A stretch of 64,000 nucleotides of DNA from Cenarchaeum sp. (GTDB lineage: Archaea > Thermoproteota > Nitrososphaeria > Nitrososphaerales > Nitrosopumilaceae), in assembly GCA_965212015.1 (NCBI GenBank), contig OZ243037.1, positions 480,001 through 544,000 on the forward strand, written 5' to 3'. The position numbers and the translations under genes are program-made. Shown here piece after piece: positions 1 through 10,218 of the stretch (position 1 is the stretch's first letter; every line of letters begins with the position of its first letter). A model generated the notes under the pieces. It did not search any database and was not told where the DNA came from. It saw only the letters and a list, made by a program, of their open reading frames with translations.

Positions 1-348
1 TCGATAATCAAGCGTTTTTTCCAGATTAAAAATCATGTTGGAAAAAACCGATAGCATGAAATTTATGGAATCGGTATTTTTGGTCAATTCAATTTTTTCA
101 AACGCCGGTAATACTCTGCATTTTTTCCATGCATCATATTGGAAAATATTCACAAAGCTTGTTTTTCCTACCCCCACCTCCCCTTCGACTAGAATTATCC
201 CGCTAATATCGCCACGCAGTATGGTGTCTAATTTTTGCAGTTCTTTTTCCCGACCCACAAACAGCCTTCGATCTTCCTTGTTTGTTAGCAACGGTTTGGA
301 ATCATACGGATTTGCCTCCAATCCGAAATCTCGCCAAAACATACCCAT
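1..348 (-). CDS. P-loop (AAA+/STAND-like) ATPase, N-terminal part; runs off the window edge
   Basis: Manual translation from ATG at 348 gives MGMFWRDFGLEANPYDSKPLL...LFVGREKELQKL...IILVEGEVGVGKTSFVN...; it has a Walker A motif (GEVGVGKT) and an FVGRExE pre-motif. The frame stays open to base 1, so it is absent from the ORF track. Confidence 0.8.
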   Translation of the reverse strand, partial: MGMFWRDFGLEANPYDSKPLLTNKEDRRLFVGREKELQKLDTILRGDISGIILVEGEVGVGKTSFVNIFQYDAWKKCRVLPAFEKIELTKNTDSINFMLSVFSNMIFNLEKTLDYR

Positions 349-384
349 GCATGGTATGCCAGAAAAGGATTAAAAATGTTTTTA

Positions 385-468
385 GCTTTACAAAAACTTT
401 GTAAAGTCCTTTTGGCTTTACAAAAACTTTGTAAAGTGGGTTTCACTATTTGGCACTTTACAAAAACC
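385..468. promoter_or_regulatory. Tandem palindromic boxes CTTTACAAA-AAC-TTTGTAAAG (two full copies, 30-bp period, plus a half site) upstream of the ATPase
   Basis: gctttacaaaaactttgtaaagt at 385-407 and 415-437, and actttacaaaaac at ~455-467. They sit just upstream of a minus-strand TATA-like TTTTTAAT (~369-376). Confidence 0.6.
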
Positions 469-506
469 AGATCCGGCCCATCTCAGTACACGCCCAGTCG
501 TGACTA

Positions 507-715
507 GGCGTGAATTTCGCATCATGGGTGTCTTTCAGGCAAGAGTGACACCATGCTGCGGTCTTTTTTGGCTCTGTAATCAGCAGTTGATAGGCAGAGC
601 CGCGTCAAAAACGTCGGTTAATACACAGATATTGCGATCATACGCGTAAAATTGTATGAGGCCACGTCCCACTAGAACCGGGCGTGAATTTTGCATTATG
701 GTTGTCTTTTAGGCA
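507..715. repeat. Dispersed 35-bp direct repeat (507-541 and 681-715)
   Basis: ggcgtgaatttcgcatcatgggtgtctttcaggca vs ggcgtgaattttgcattatggttgtcttttaggca, 31/35 identical. Confidence 0.6.
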
Positions 716-877
716 TGGCAGGTGACCTCGTACGTAAAATTTACCAGCAATCTTAAATAAGATCATACACATACAAAAAACATGTTCGGTAAAAAAAACA
801 AGGAACCCGAGAAGGAAAACGAGGAATTTTATGGAAGCCAGGAAGGACGGCGTCTACTGACAGATACAAATATGGGA

Positions 878-1459
878 CTAAAGACGGGCAAACCAAGACC
901 TGAATCCAGCGAATAACATGGTGTGTTTTTTTAGGTTTTCCATAATCTCCGGAATTTCTTTTTTTAGGCGAAATTCATTATTGCTCATCCATTCAAAGTA
1001 TGTAGAAATGGAGTTCTGAGGAATTTCATCCAGTTGGTCGTTTTGTATATCCCCTACAGCTTCTAAATGTTTATTGTGTGTTTTAATTCGCTTAAAAGTA
1101 TCTTGAACCATTTGCTGCAATTTTGGCTCTAGAAAATTTATCCACCCAGAAAAAATCAGACTGTCATAAATATCATGATTTAGAATTCTGTTCATAAAAA
1201 ATACTGTTTCTTTTCCCCCTTTAGCATTTGTAATTTCTACGTTGTAGGATTCTTTTTCATGTTTTTCATGATCCAAGCTTTTGAGCGTGTCCTCTAGTTC
1301 AATATATAGGCTTTTTGATGTGCGTCGTCTATGGCTGTCTTTGTTAGAAAAATAATAAACCGCAGATGTAGGAACTGTTAGAATTGCGACCCAAGCTGCA
1401 ACAGTGAATAAGAGGTTATCCTCCATCACTACGGAAGTGAACCATTCTAGAGGATCCAT
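878..1459 (-). CDS. Hypothetical protein with an N-terminal transmembrane segment
   Basis: 193-aa ORF with hydrophobic LLFTVAAWVAILTVPTSAVYYF and a TATA-like TTTATAAA about 25 bp upstream. Confidence 0.7.
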   Translation of the reverse strand: MDPLEWFTSVVMEDNLLFTVAAWVAILTVPTSAVYYFSNKDSHRRRTSKSLYIELEDTLKSLDHEKHEKESYNVEITNAKGGKETVFFMNRILNHDIYDSLIFSGWINFLEPKLQQMVQDTFKRIKTHNKHLEAVGDIQNDQLDEIPQNSISTYFEWMSNNEFRLKKEIPEIMENLKKHTMLFAGFRSWFARL

Positions 1460-1613
1460 ATCAATGGCACCACACCGTGGCGTTTATAAATAACGATTTA
1501 AATAAAGTACATAAATCTCTATAAAGTGAGCTGGTTTTCAACTAAATTCCGGCATTAATCCCCGGGTGCAATCAACCAGCCATACAGCTACGTCGATCAC
1601 AAGTTATTTCACC

Positions 1614-1850
1614 TCACAGACTGCGCTTTAAATAGCGATAGATATCCAAATTGTTTCTGAAATACTCTGATACTGTAATCCACATTTTCTCTGCAGTCTC
1701 GTAATACTCGGAATGGACTAGCTCATATTTGGCCTGTCGCCAGCACTCTTCGATGGTACTGAGTTGTGGTGAGTAAGTTGGAAGATAATACAGGATCAGC
1801 ATCGGCAGGCCTGGGACACTTGGGTTTAGATGCCGCCACCGACTCTGCAA
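1614..1850 (-). pseudogene. IS630-family transposase C-terminal remnant
   Basis: YLPTYSPQLSTIEECWRQAK matches the IS630/Tc1 LPxYSPxLNPIExxW motif; the N-terminus is missing. Confidence 0.75.
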
Positions 1851-2151
1851 TCTTGTATTTGGATCCAGAGTCTTTATTCTTGTCGTTTCCCATATGACAG
1901 GGTAAATGCTACTGCCATATTTATTTTACCTAAAATCAGCCATAAAAAAACGGCAAGAATGCTGTAAGCGTCACGATCACCCTCTCGTCATTATAGGAAG
2001 GTATCCTGCCCCACTGGGAGCCGAGATCATCTGGCCCATCCCCGTGCACATTCCGTCTCCTAGGCACAGATTTCACGCCGCACGGCCCCCTCCCGTACCG
2101 CGGGCCTTTTTAAAATCTTAAATATGCACAATATGCTGACTCTAGTCATGG

Positions 2152-3498
2152 GTGGACGCCTTTGGAGACATGGAGACAAAAGTAGTACCCCTAGACCTTG
2201 CTGAAAACCAGTTTCAAATTTACGGCAAAATCTCGCCGAATTATTCGCACTCGTTTCTCTTCGAGTCGCTGACCGGCCCAGAAGAGCTATCAGAGACCTC
2301 GGTGATGGGCTTTGATCCCGGCGCAATAGTCCGCGGATATTCCGACAGGATAGAGACTACATACAGGGACGGCCGCACAGAGACTGCACCCACCAAAAAC
2401 CCGCTCTCGGAGATAAAAAAGCTGTTCGGGGCCCCCTCTGATGAATCATACAGGTATCTTGGCGGCGCGGTGGGAATGGTAAACTATGACGCCGTACGAT
2501 TAATCGAGGATATGCCGGGGGAGCACCCCACAGTGCCGCTGATGGAGTTTGGAATGTACGACGACGGCATCATGTATGATAACGTGCAAAAAAAGCCGTT
2601 TTACTTTTACCGCGGAACAGACCGCTTTTCTGAGCTAAAAATTACGGAAAACAGCCCATCTGTGAGGGTGTCTGACATTAGAGAGGAGACGGGCAGTAAA
2701 GAGTATCACAGTATGGTAGAGCGCGCAAAAAAATACATACACGCAGGCGACATATTCCAGGTGGTGCTGTCTCGCAGGTTTTCGTTTGACGTCACAGGCG
2801 ACTATCTGGCCATATACGAAAAGCTGCGGGGTACAAACCCGTCGCCCTACATGTACCACCTAAAGCAGGGCAAAAAAACCACAATCGGCGCGTCACCGGA
2901 AATGCTGGTCCGCATAACCGGCAGTACGGTAGAGACATTTCCGATAGCCGGCACTAGAAGGACCGGCAATGACGAGGCCGAAAACAGCAAGCTCGCCCAT
3001 GATCTATTACACGACGAAAAGGAGCTGGCAGAGCACACAATGCTAGTAGACCTGGGCCGCAACGACATTGGGCGCGTCTGCAGATACGGAACCGTTCAGG
3101 TAAGGGAGCTAATGAAGATAAAGAGGTTCAGCCACGTGCAGCACATGGTGACGCACGTGACGGGGACGCTTGACGAGTCAAGGGACATGTTTGATGCCTT
3201 TGCCGCCGTGTTTCCCGCAGGCACGGTCACCGGCGCCCCAAAGGTGCGCGCAATGGAGATAATCGGCGAGCTGGAGGGCCGGATAAGGGGCCCGTATGCC
3301 GGCGCAGTAGGGTACTTTTCGTATAACGGGTGCTGCGACTTTGCAATAGCAATACGGAGCATATTCATAAATGACGGCAGGGGGTTTGTCCAGTCCGGCG
3401 CCGGAATCGTCTTTGACTCTGTGGCGCAAAACGAGTTTGATGAGACGCAGTATAAAGCAGGCGCCATGATGCAGGCACTCAGGGAGGCATCGGATTGA
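2152..3498 (+). CDS. trpE: Anthranilate synthase component I
   Basis: GDIFQVVLS, NPSPYMY, PIAGTR, EHTMLVDLGRND, PAGTVTGAPK and RGPYAGAVGY motifs; first gene of the trp cluster; TTAAATA about 27 bp upstream. Confidence 0.96.
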   Translation: MDAFGDMETKVVPLDLAENQFQIYGKISPNYSHSFLFESLTGPEELSETSVMGFDPGAIVRGYSDRIETTYRDGRTETAPTKNPLSEIKKLFGAPSDESYRYLGGAVGMVNYDAVRLIEDMPGEHPTVPLMEFGMYDDGIMYDNVQKKPFYFYRGTDRFSELKITENSPSVRVSDIREETGSKEYHSMVERAKKYIHAGDIFQVVLSRRFSFDVTGDYLAIYEKLRGTNPSPYMYHLKQGKKTTIGASPEMLVRITGSTVETFPIAGTRRTGNDEAENSKLAHDLLHDEKELAEHTMLVDLGRNDIGRVCRYGTVQVRELMKIKRFSHVQHMVTHVTGTLDESRDMFDAFAAVFPAGTVTGAPKVRAMEIIGELEGRIRGPYAGAVGYFSYNGCCDFAIAIRSIFINDGRGFVQSGAGIVFDSVAQNEFDETQYKAGAMMQALREASD

Positions 3499-4085
3499 GG
3501 TTTCTAATAATAGACAACTATGACTCGTTTGTATACAATATAGCCCAGTATCTCGGCGAGCTGGGAGTCGACTGTACTGTTACCAGAAACGACAAGATTA
3601 CACTAGAACAGATAAGGCGCGAAAAGTACGACGCAATAGTAATCTCGCCGGGGCCCGGAACCCCGGAGGATGAGCGATACTTTGGGATCTGCATGGACGT
3701 GATACGCGAGTGCGGCCCCACCATACCGCTGCTCGGAATATGCCTGGGCCACCAGGGGATAATCCACGCCTTTGGCGGAAAGGTGACAAACGCAGGATGC
3801 ATCAGGCACGGCAAGACCAGTCCGGTCGCGCATACCGGGGCGCCGCTGTTCTCCGGCGTGGCAAACCCGTTTTCCGCCACAAGATACCATTCCCTGGTGG
3901 GCGACAGAACCGTAATCCCCGAGTCCCTCGAGGTCACTGCTACTTCACAGGACGACTCTGAGGTAATGGCCATACGGCACAAGAAATACCTCATCGAGGG
4001 CGTACAGTTCCACCCAGAGTCGATAATGACCGACGAGGGAAAAAAGATACTTGGAAACTTTGTAGGCGAGGTGCGAGACAGGTGA
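3495..4085 (+). CDS. trpG: Anthranilate synthase component II (glutamine amidotransferase)
   Basis: IDNYDSF, SPGPG, LGICLGHQ, RYHSL and GVQFHPES motifs. Confidence 0.96.
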   Translation: MRFLIIDNYDSFVYNIAQYLGELGVDCTVTRNDKITLEQIRREKYDAIVISPGPGTPEDERYFGICMDVIRECGPTIPLLGICLGHQGIIHAFGGKVTNAGCIRHGKTSPVAHTGAPLFSGVANPFSATRYHSLVGDRTVIPESLEVTATSQDDSEVMAIRHKKYLIEGVQFHPESIMTDEGKKILGNFVGEVRDR

Positions 4086-5128
4086 TTGCAGAGTGCATAT
4101 CCGCGCTAAATGGCGGATCGGATCTTTCGTACAAGCAGGCAAAATCCGCCGCACTTGAGATGCTGCGCGGCGGCCTTACAGATGTCGAAGCTCACGAGTT
4201 TTTATCCGGCCTGGCGGCAAAGGGCGAGACTGACGACGAGCTTGCAGGCATGCTAGACGCAATGCGTGACAATGCCGTCCGGATGACCATACGGAACGCC
4301 AATAAAGTGATAGACGTGTGCGGTACGGGCGGCGACGGGCTGGGAACGTTCAACATATCGACTGCGACGGCATTCGTTGTTGCCGCATCCGGTACTGCCG
4401 TGGCAAAGCACGGAAACCGCTCCAGCTCCGGCGGGCTTGGAAGCGCCGATGTATTTGAGTGCCTCGGATGCGAGCTTGACGCATCCCCGCAGCGTTTGTC
4501 CGAAATGCTGGAAAAATTCAACATTTGCTTCATGTTTGCGCAACGGTTCCATCCCGCAATGAAGAATATCGCGCACGTGAGAAAAAAGATTGGCACGCGC
4601 ACGGCCTTTAACATGCTGGGGCCCCTGTGCAATCCCGCATACGTCACAGGCCAGCTGGTAGGCGTGTTTTCAGATAATCTGCTAGAGCGCATTCCGTCTC
4701 TCCTGAAAAGGGGCGGCGCAAAAAGCGTCATGGCGGTAAGATCTGCTGACGGCCTGGATGAGCTATCCACTAGCTCAAAGAACAAAATATGCACAATGCG
4801 CGACGGCAGGACCGTATCTGACGTGATAGACCCGGAAAAGCTTGGCCTGCGACACTCGTCGCTGCGCGACATTCAGGTTGGCACAAAACAGCAGGCCATG
4901 CGAGCATTTGTCTCTGTATTGGAGGGAACCGCAAACACCGCAATGACGCAGACTATTATGTTAAATGCGGCAGCGGCGCTAATCGTGGGCGGCGGGGCTG
5001 CGGATTTTTCCTCCGGAATAGAGATTGCAGATGATGCGATAAAAAGCGGCAGGACTGCCAGGCTGCTGCACGATTTCACAAAGAGTGCGGGTGACATTGT
5101 AAAGCTCGAGGAGATATTGGGAGCATGA
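4082..5128 (+). CDS. trpD: Anthranilate phosphoribosyltransferase
   Basis: DVCGTGGDG, TFNIST, AKHGNRSSS, FHPAMK, RTAFNMLGPLCNP and DGLDE motifs. Confidence 0.96.
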   Translation: MIAECISALNGGSDLSYKQAKSAALEMLRGGLTDVEAHEFLSGLAAKGETDDELAGMLDAMRDNAVRMTIRNANKVIDVCGTGGDGLGTFNISTATAFVVAASGTAVAKHGNRSSSGGLGSADVFECLGCELDASPQRLSEMLEKFNICFMFAQRFHPAMKNIAHVRKKIGTRTAFNMLGPLCNPAYVTGQLVGVFSDNLLERIPSLLKRGGAKSVMAVRSADGLDELSTSSKNKICTMRDGRTVSDVIDPEKLGLRHSSLRDIQVGTKQQAMRAFVSVLEGTANTAMTQTIMLNAAAALIVGGGAADFSSGIEIADDAIKSGRTARLLHDFTKSAGDIVKLEEILGA

Positions 5129-5889
5129 GACACATACTCGAGGAGCTGGTGGAAAACTCGCAGAGGGCCATAAATGACGGCGTATACGACATACGGGACA
5201 GCCTCGAAAAATCCGGAACAAACCTGCCGCAGGCGATAAAAAACGCGCCGCACGCCGCCCTGATAACGGAGATAAAGTTCTCGTCTCCGTCTGCCGGAAC
5301 GATAAGGGCGGCGTCTAGTCCTGCACATATTGCAGAATCAATGGTCGCAGGCGGGGCGTGCGCGCTGTCCGTTCTCACGCAGCCGTATTTGTTTGGCGGC
5401 TCGCCGGAGTATTTCATGCAGGTGCGCAGTACGGTGAATGTGCCGATGCTGATGAAGGACATAATAATAGACAAAATCCAGATAGACGCCGCACGGACCA
5501 TGGGTGCGGACTGTATCCTGCTAATCCAGTCGCTGCTCGACGGGGAGCGCCTGGATAAATACATCAGGTACGGCCACAAAATGGGCCTCGGCGTACTGCT
5601 AGAGGTGCACACTGCAAAAGAGTTTGTCTGCGCGCTAGACACGGATGCGGATATAATCGGCATCAACAACCGCAACCTGGACACGCTGGAGGTGGACACG
5701 GATACGACGGGCAGGATTCTTGCCGGATACGACGGGCAGAGGCATATAATATCTGAGAGCGGCATTGATACCGCACAGGACGTTATGGCGCTCAGAGACG
5801 CCGGCGCCTGCGGCTTTCTTGTGGGTTCGAGCATAATGAAAAGCAATAATATCAAAGACGCCGTAAAAGCGCTGGTGAACGCGTATTGA
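5125..5889 (+). CDS. trpC: Indole-3-glycerol phosphate synthase
   Basis: [28 protein letters not shown] and SESGI motifs. Confidence 0.95.
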   Translation: MRHILEELVENSQRAINDGVYDIRDSLEKSGTNLPQAIKNAPHAALITEIKFSSPSAGTIRAASSPAHIAESMVAGGACALSVLTQPYLFGGSPEYFMQVRSTVNVPMLMKDIIIDKIQIDAARTMGADCILLIQSLLDGERLDKYIRYGHKMGLGVLLEVHTAKEFVCALDTDADIIGINNRNLDTLEVDTDTTGRILAGYDGQRHIISESGIDTAQDVMALRDAGACGFLVGSSIMKSNNIKDAVKALVNAY

Positions 5890-7064
5890 GATATCCGAAT
5901 AACGGCAGGTTCGGCGAGTTTGGCGGCAGGTACATCCCGGAGACTCTGTTTCCCGCAGTGCAGGAGCTGGAAGAGGCGTACCTGAAGGCCAAGGACGATG
6001 CCGGCTTTAAAAAAGAGCTGAACCGCTATCTTTGCGCGTACGCAGGACGGCCCACGCCGCTGTACCTTGCAGAAAAGCTGACCAGAAAGGTCGGCGGCGC
6101 AAAGATATACCTGAAAAGGGAAGACCTGCTGCACGGCGGCGCGCACAAGATAAACAACACACTCGGGCAGGCGCTGCTGGCAAAAAGGATGAAAAAGAGG
6201 CGCATAATAGCAGAGACCGGTGCGGGCCAGCACGGAGTTGCCACGGCAATGGCGTGCGCATGCCTCGGGATGGATTCCGAGGTATACATGGGGTACAGGG
6301 ATACGGTCCGCCAAAAGCTCAACGTGTTCAGGATGAACCTGCTTGGCGCAAGGGTGCACCCCGTAAGGCTTGGCAGCATGACATTAAAGGACGCAATCAA
6401 CGAGGCCATACGCGACTGGATTACAAACGTAAAGGACACGTACTATCTCTTGGGCTCGGCAGTAGGCCCGCACCCGTACCCCGTAATGGTAAGGGACTTT
6501 CAGAGCGTGATCGGCCAAGAGATAAAAAGACAGATGAATGGGACTCCTGATGCCGTAGTTGCGTGCGTCGGCGGCGGCTCCAACGCGATAGGGACGTTCT
6601 ATCCCCTTATCGGCACGGATGCGCAGCTGGTGGGAGTAGAGGCGGCAGGCGAGGGGCTGGATACCGGAAGGCATTCTGCTGCGCTGTGTGCCGGAAGCAG
6701 GGGCGTACTGCACGGAATGATGACGTATCTGTTACAGGACGAGCAGGGCCAGATAGCAGAGACGCACAGCATATCGGCCGGACTCGACTATCCGGGCGTG
6801 GGCCCCGAGCACGCGCACCTAAAGGAGACGGGGCGCGTAAAATACCGCACGGCAAAAGACGCCGACGTGATTGACGCATTTCTCACACTTACGAGAACCG
6901 AGGGCATAATTCCCGCCCTGGAATCGGCGCACGCGGTGTCCGAGGCGATGAGGCTGGCATCATCCATGCCAAAGTCAGAGTCGGTTATAGTCACGCTGTC
7001 CGGCAGGGGTGATAAGGACGTGGAGATTGTACAGGGGTATCTGGACGGAAATGACAAGGATTAG
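5886..7064 (+). CDS. trpB: Tryptophan synthase beta chain
   Basis: [15 protein letters not shown] (PLP lysine), [26 protein letters not shown] and LSGRGDKD motifs. Confidence 0.97.
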   Translation: MRYPNNGRFGEFGGRYIPETLFPAVQELEEAYLKAKDDAGFKKELNRYLCAYAGRPTPLYLAEKLTRKVGGAKIYLKREDLLHGGAHKINNTLGQALLAKRMKKRRIIAETGAGQHGVATAMACACLGMDSEVYMGYRDTVRQKLNVFRMNLLGARVHPVRLGSMTLKDAINEAIRDWITNVKDTYYLLGSAVGPHPYPVMVRDFQSVIGQEIKRQMNGTPDAVVACVGGGSNAIGTFYPLIGTDAQLVGVEAAGEGLDTGRHSAALCAGSRGVLHGMMTYLLQDEQGQIAETHSISAGLDYPGVGPEHAHLKETGRVKYRTAKDADVIDAFLTLTRTEGIIPALESAHAVSEAMRLASSMPKSESVIVTLSGRGDKDVEIVQGYLDGNDKD

Positions 7065-7845
7065 CCAGGCGTTTGAGCGGCTGCGCGCCAATGGGGAAAA
7101 GGCGCTCATCACGTATGTAATGGCCGGCCACCTCCCGCAAAGAGACACGCTGTCTGTCCTGCGCGGCATGATAGACGGCGGGGCCGACATTATAGAGCTC
7201 GGCTTTCCGTTCTCAGACCCGCTTGCCGACGGCGGCGTGATTCAGGGGGCAGCAGCTGCTGCGCTAAAGAGGGGCACCAGCATGTCTGACTATTTTGCGC
7301 TGGTAAAAAAGATAAGAAAAGAGACGGATATTCCGCTCGTACTAATGACATACACCAACATACTGTACCGTGCGGGATATTCGAAATTCATCGGTGACGC
7401 AGTAAATGCGGGAATAGACGGCCTCATCTTACCGGACATGTCAATCGAAGAGTCCGCAGAATATACGGATGCGGCAAGGGGAATGGCCGACACCATATTT
7501 CTAGTCTCGCCGAACACTAGCAGAAAAAGGCTGCAGGCGATAGCGAAAAAGTCGACTGGATTTTTGTACCTTGTGGCGGTGTATGGCACCACAGGGGCGG
7601 GCGGCAATGCCGTATTTGCGCCAGATGCCATTCGCAGGGCAAAGAGGACGGTGCGCGGCCTGCCAGTCGGAATCGGCTTTGGCGTTGCAACACCGTCAGA
7701 CGTCAAAAGATACGTGCAGGCAGGTGCGGATGCCGTAATTGTGGGCAGCGCGTTTTTGCGCCTGATAGAGAGGACCGGCAGGGGGGATCTACGGGGTGTA
7801 ATTGCGGCGTTCACAAGGAGCCTAAAGCGGCAGACCAAACCGTGA
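7051..7845 (+). CDS. trpA: Tryptophan synthase alpha chain
   Basis: [27 protein letters not shown] and ADAVIVGSA motifs; the ATG at 7051 overlaps the trpB end. Confidence 0.95.
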   Translation: MTRISQAFERLRANGEKALITYVMAGHLPQRDTLSVLRGMIDGGADIIELGFPFSDPLADGGVIQGAAAAALKRGTSMSDYFALVKKIRKETDIPLVLMTYTNILYRAGYSKFIGDAVNAGIDGLILPDMSIEESAEYTDAARGMADTIFLVSPNTSRKRLQAIAKKSTGFLYLVAVYGTTGAGGNAVFAPDAIRRAKRTVRGLPVGIGFGVATPSDVKRYVQAGADAVIVGSAFLRLIERTGRGDLRGVIAAFTRSLKRQTKP

Positions 7846-7931
7846 GGTTATTGCTGCGGCGTATGCGGATCTGCACTGAAAAACCAATACCGGCCTGTAT
7901 AGTCAGGGTGTGAGGAATCCATATTTTGTGT

Positions 7932-8132
7932 AATGATACTTGCTTATAGGGGAAGTGTCATGACATGGAAAGTAATACTTAAATATTTCATGGAATGATA
8001 CTTGCTTATAGGGGAAGTGTCATGACATGGAAAGTAATACTTAAATATTTCATGGAATGATACTTGCTTATAGGGGAAGTGTCATGACATGGAAAGTAAT
8101 ACTTAAATATTTCATGGAATGATACTTGCTTA
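7932..8132. repeat. 62-bp tandem repeat (3 copies plus a 15-bp partial) carrying a TATA-like box and an inverted-repeat operator, upstream of abiEi
   Basis: Unit aatgatacttgcttataggggaagtgtcatgacatggaaagtaatacttaaatatttcatgg starts at 7932, 7994 and 8056; partial copy at 8118. Confidence 0.95.
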
Positions 8133-8145
8133 ACAGGAAAGTATT

Positions 8146-8955
8146 ATGGCACAAAAAGTAAACTTGGAATCAAAGTTAATGCTGACTTTGGAGGAGAAGG
8201 ACATGTCGGTATTTACAACCAATGATGCAAAGGACATCCTAAAGACCACGGATTCGTCTGTCTGGGGCATTCTAAACGGGCTGACGCACAAAAAAAGGAT
8301 CCAGAGAATAGAGCGCGGCAGGTATCTTTTGGTTCCCGCAAGGGCAGGAACAGACATGTACTGGACCGAATATCCCTGGGTAATAGTCCCCCATCTTGTC
8401 GACACATATTATGTTGGATTCTGGACTGCGATGAATTTCTGGGACATGACAGAGCAGATACCGTATACGGTTTTTGTCGCCACTACCAAGAGAAAGCGGA
8501 ATCTGGAGTTTGGAGACCAGAGATTCAAGTTTGTAACGCTGTCGAGTAAAAAATTCTTTGGGTTTGTTGAGAAAAAAGCAAGTAAAGATAAATTTTTCAA
8601 TATATCATCAAGGGAAAAAACGATTGTTGACGGGCTGGCGCATCCGGAATATTGTGGAGGAATTCCGGAGGTGACAAAGGCAATGTGGAGCGTACGAAAG
8701 GAGGTCGACTGGCAGATCGTCCTTGATATGGCAGAAAAAATGAGGATTAACGTGGTGTTAAAGCGGCTGGGCTATCTGCTTTCCATTCTGGATATTGAGG
8801 AGGGGATTTCTCGTAAAATTAAAAAAATAAAAAAACACCCGTATCAATATCTTGATCATGCCACAAGCGGGACAAAGGTCAAAAATTCAAAGGAATACGG
8901 GCTGATAATCAACATGACGGATTATGAATTGCTTGATTGGATGGAACAAAAATGA
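8146..8955 (+). CDS. abiEi: Type IV toxin-antitoxin AbiEi-family antitoxin (wHTH transcriptional regulator)
   Basis: N-terminal wHTH (IQRIERGRYL); YVGFWTAMNFWDMTEQIP, EKTIVD, HPEYCGG and KRLGYLL motifs; ATGA overlap with the downstream nucleotidyltransferase. Confidence 0.88.
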   Translation: MAQKVNLESKLMLTLEEKDMSVFTTNDAKDILKTTDSSVWGILNGLTHKKRIQRIERGRYLLVPARAGTDMYWTEYPWVIVPHLVDTYYVGFWTAMNFWDMTEQIPYTVFVATTKRKRNLEFGDQRFKFVTLSSKKFFGFVEKKASKDKFFNISSREKTIVDGLAHPEYCGGIPEVTKAMWSVRKEVDWQIVLDMAEKMRINVVLKRLGYLLSILDIEEGISRKIKKIKKHPYQYLDHATSGTKVKNSKEYGLIINMTDYELLDWMEQK

Positions 8956-9710
8956 ACGGGCAAACGTTCAGAAAACTGGCAAGAATGCATAAGATACCTC
9001 AAGGAACATTAGAAAAAGATTATGCATTGACAAATCTGTTATCATTAATTTCAGATTTTCCAAAATTGAACAGGATGATTTTCAAAGGAGGCACAGCAAT
9101 AAAGAAAATCTATTTCAAAGATTTCAGATTTTCTGAAGATCTGGATTTTGTCTGCCTAGAGGATATCGTAGATGATTTTATAAACTATATAAAAAACAAT
9201 ATGAAGAATCTTGATGTAGAATTTACAGAGATATCAAATATCGAAAAATTTGGTCACAGCTTTAAGGTCAAATATATCCAGTCCACCGGTGCCATGACAA
9301 GCATCAAGGTTGATTTGAGCCTGCGGGGTGATGTCATGATGGAGCCCGTTACCAGGCCGATATTGCACTTTTATGATACGCTTCAGGATGAGTTTTCCAC
9401 ACCCGTGATGAATCTGGAAGAGATAATGGCGGAAAAAATCAGAGCGATGACATACTCAAAACACCCCAGGCACCTGTACGATATTCAATACCTGTATAAT
9501 CACGGAGTAAGGATCAATTCCAGCATGGTTCGCACAAAAATAAAATTCATCCATAACGAGGATTTTGACATCAATAGATTCAAGCAAGGACTTCCCGAAA
9601 AGGCACAAAAATGGATCGACAATTTGAAGCCGCTCCTACCTGCCGACCCCCCATCATTTGATGATGTCTCAAGGGATGTTCTGGGAATAGTTGCCAACGC
9701 GATGAAATAA
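8952..9710 (+). CDS. abiEii: Type IV TA AbiEii/AbiGii nucleotidyltransferase toxin
   Basis: LEKDY, FKGGTAI, RFSEDLDF, EIMAEKIRA and RHLYDI motifs of DUF1814/AbiEii. Confidence 0.9.
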   Translation: MNGQTFRKLARMHKIPQGTLEKDYALTNLLSLISDFPKLNRMIFKGGTAIKKIYFKDFRFSEDLDFVCLEDIVDDFINYIKNNMKNLDVEFTEISNIEKFGHSFKVKYIQSTGAMTSIKVDLSLRGDVMMEPVTRPILHFYDTLQDEFSTPVMNLEEIMAEKIRAMTYSKHPRHLYDIQYLYNHGVRINSSMVRTKIKFIHNEDFDINRFKQGLPEKAQKWIDNLKPLLPADPPSFDDVSRDVLGIVANAMK

Positions 9711-9819
9711 GGACGTCTTGCGCCGGGCAGCAGACGGGGGTTTTACTGCGTAATCGAGGTGTTTTGGGATTGAATTTGCAGCCACGCCTCGTGCCTGTAG
9801 TTCGTCAACTTGGCAGAAT

Positions 9820-10137
9820 CTATTTGTGATGTGGAGCATCTTCTACCCAAGCTGGCCTAGTATCGAAATGTGGACAACATTCTTGAATTATGGCATCTTT
9901 ATGCTCAGATTCTATTTTCATTGTTCTTAAATCCACTTCCATTCGATCAATTTGTCGAATTAATTCTATGTTTTTAGAATTTGAATCTACAGTTATTGTA
10001 TATGGAACAACGCCAGATATATTTGACATGTTTTTTTTAATTTTCTCCACTTCAGTCTGAATAGTATCGTTAATTATCGACAACTCATTTTTTAACTTTT
10101 CTTCAATCTCCTTATTGTAAACGTATTCTATCACCAT
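9820..10137 (-). CDS. Hypothetical coiled-coil protein
   Basis: ORF-track 9820..10170. The ATG at 10137 lies about 22 bp after a TTTAAATA box and is the likelier start. Confidence 0.5.
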   Translation of the reverse strand: MVIEYVYNKEIEEKLKNELSIINDTIQTEVEKIKKNMSNISGVVPYTITVDSNSKNIELIRQIDRMEVDLRTMKIESEHKDAIIQECCPHFDTRPAWVEDAPHHK

Positions 10138-10218
10138 GACTGAGAAACAGTCAACATGATATTTAAACATATATTTAGTGGGTTCTGTATAATCTTCGAG
10201 GGCTAGGCATGGAAAAAA

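Noticed and set aside
35-373. 112-aa plus-strand ORF
   Set aside because: It is the antisense of a minus-strand ATPase with a clear Walker A motif.
782-916. 44-aa ORF MFGKKNKEPE... after a TTAAATA box (a similar short ORF lies at 15529-15678)
   Set aside because: Too short, overlaps the 3' end of a convergent gene, and has no homology evidence available.
5076-6359. 427-aa minus-strand ORF and other ORFs opposite the trp genes
   Set aside because: They are antisense to well-conserved trpC/trpB in GC-rich DNA and show no recognisable motifs.
7932-8132. 62-bp periodic repeat as a CRISPR array
   Set aside because: The units are identical end to end with no unique spacers, and no cas genes are present.
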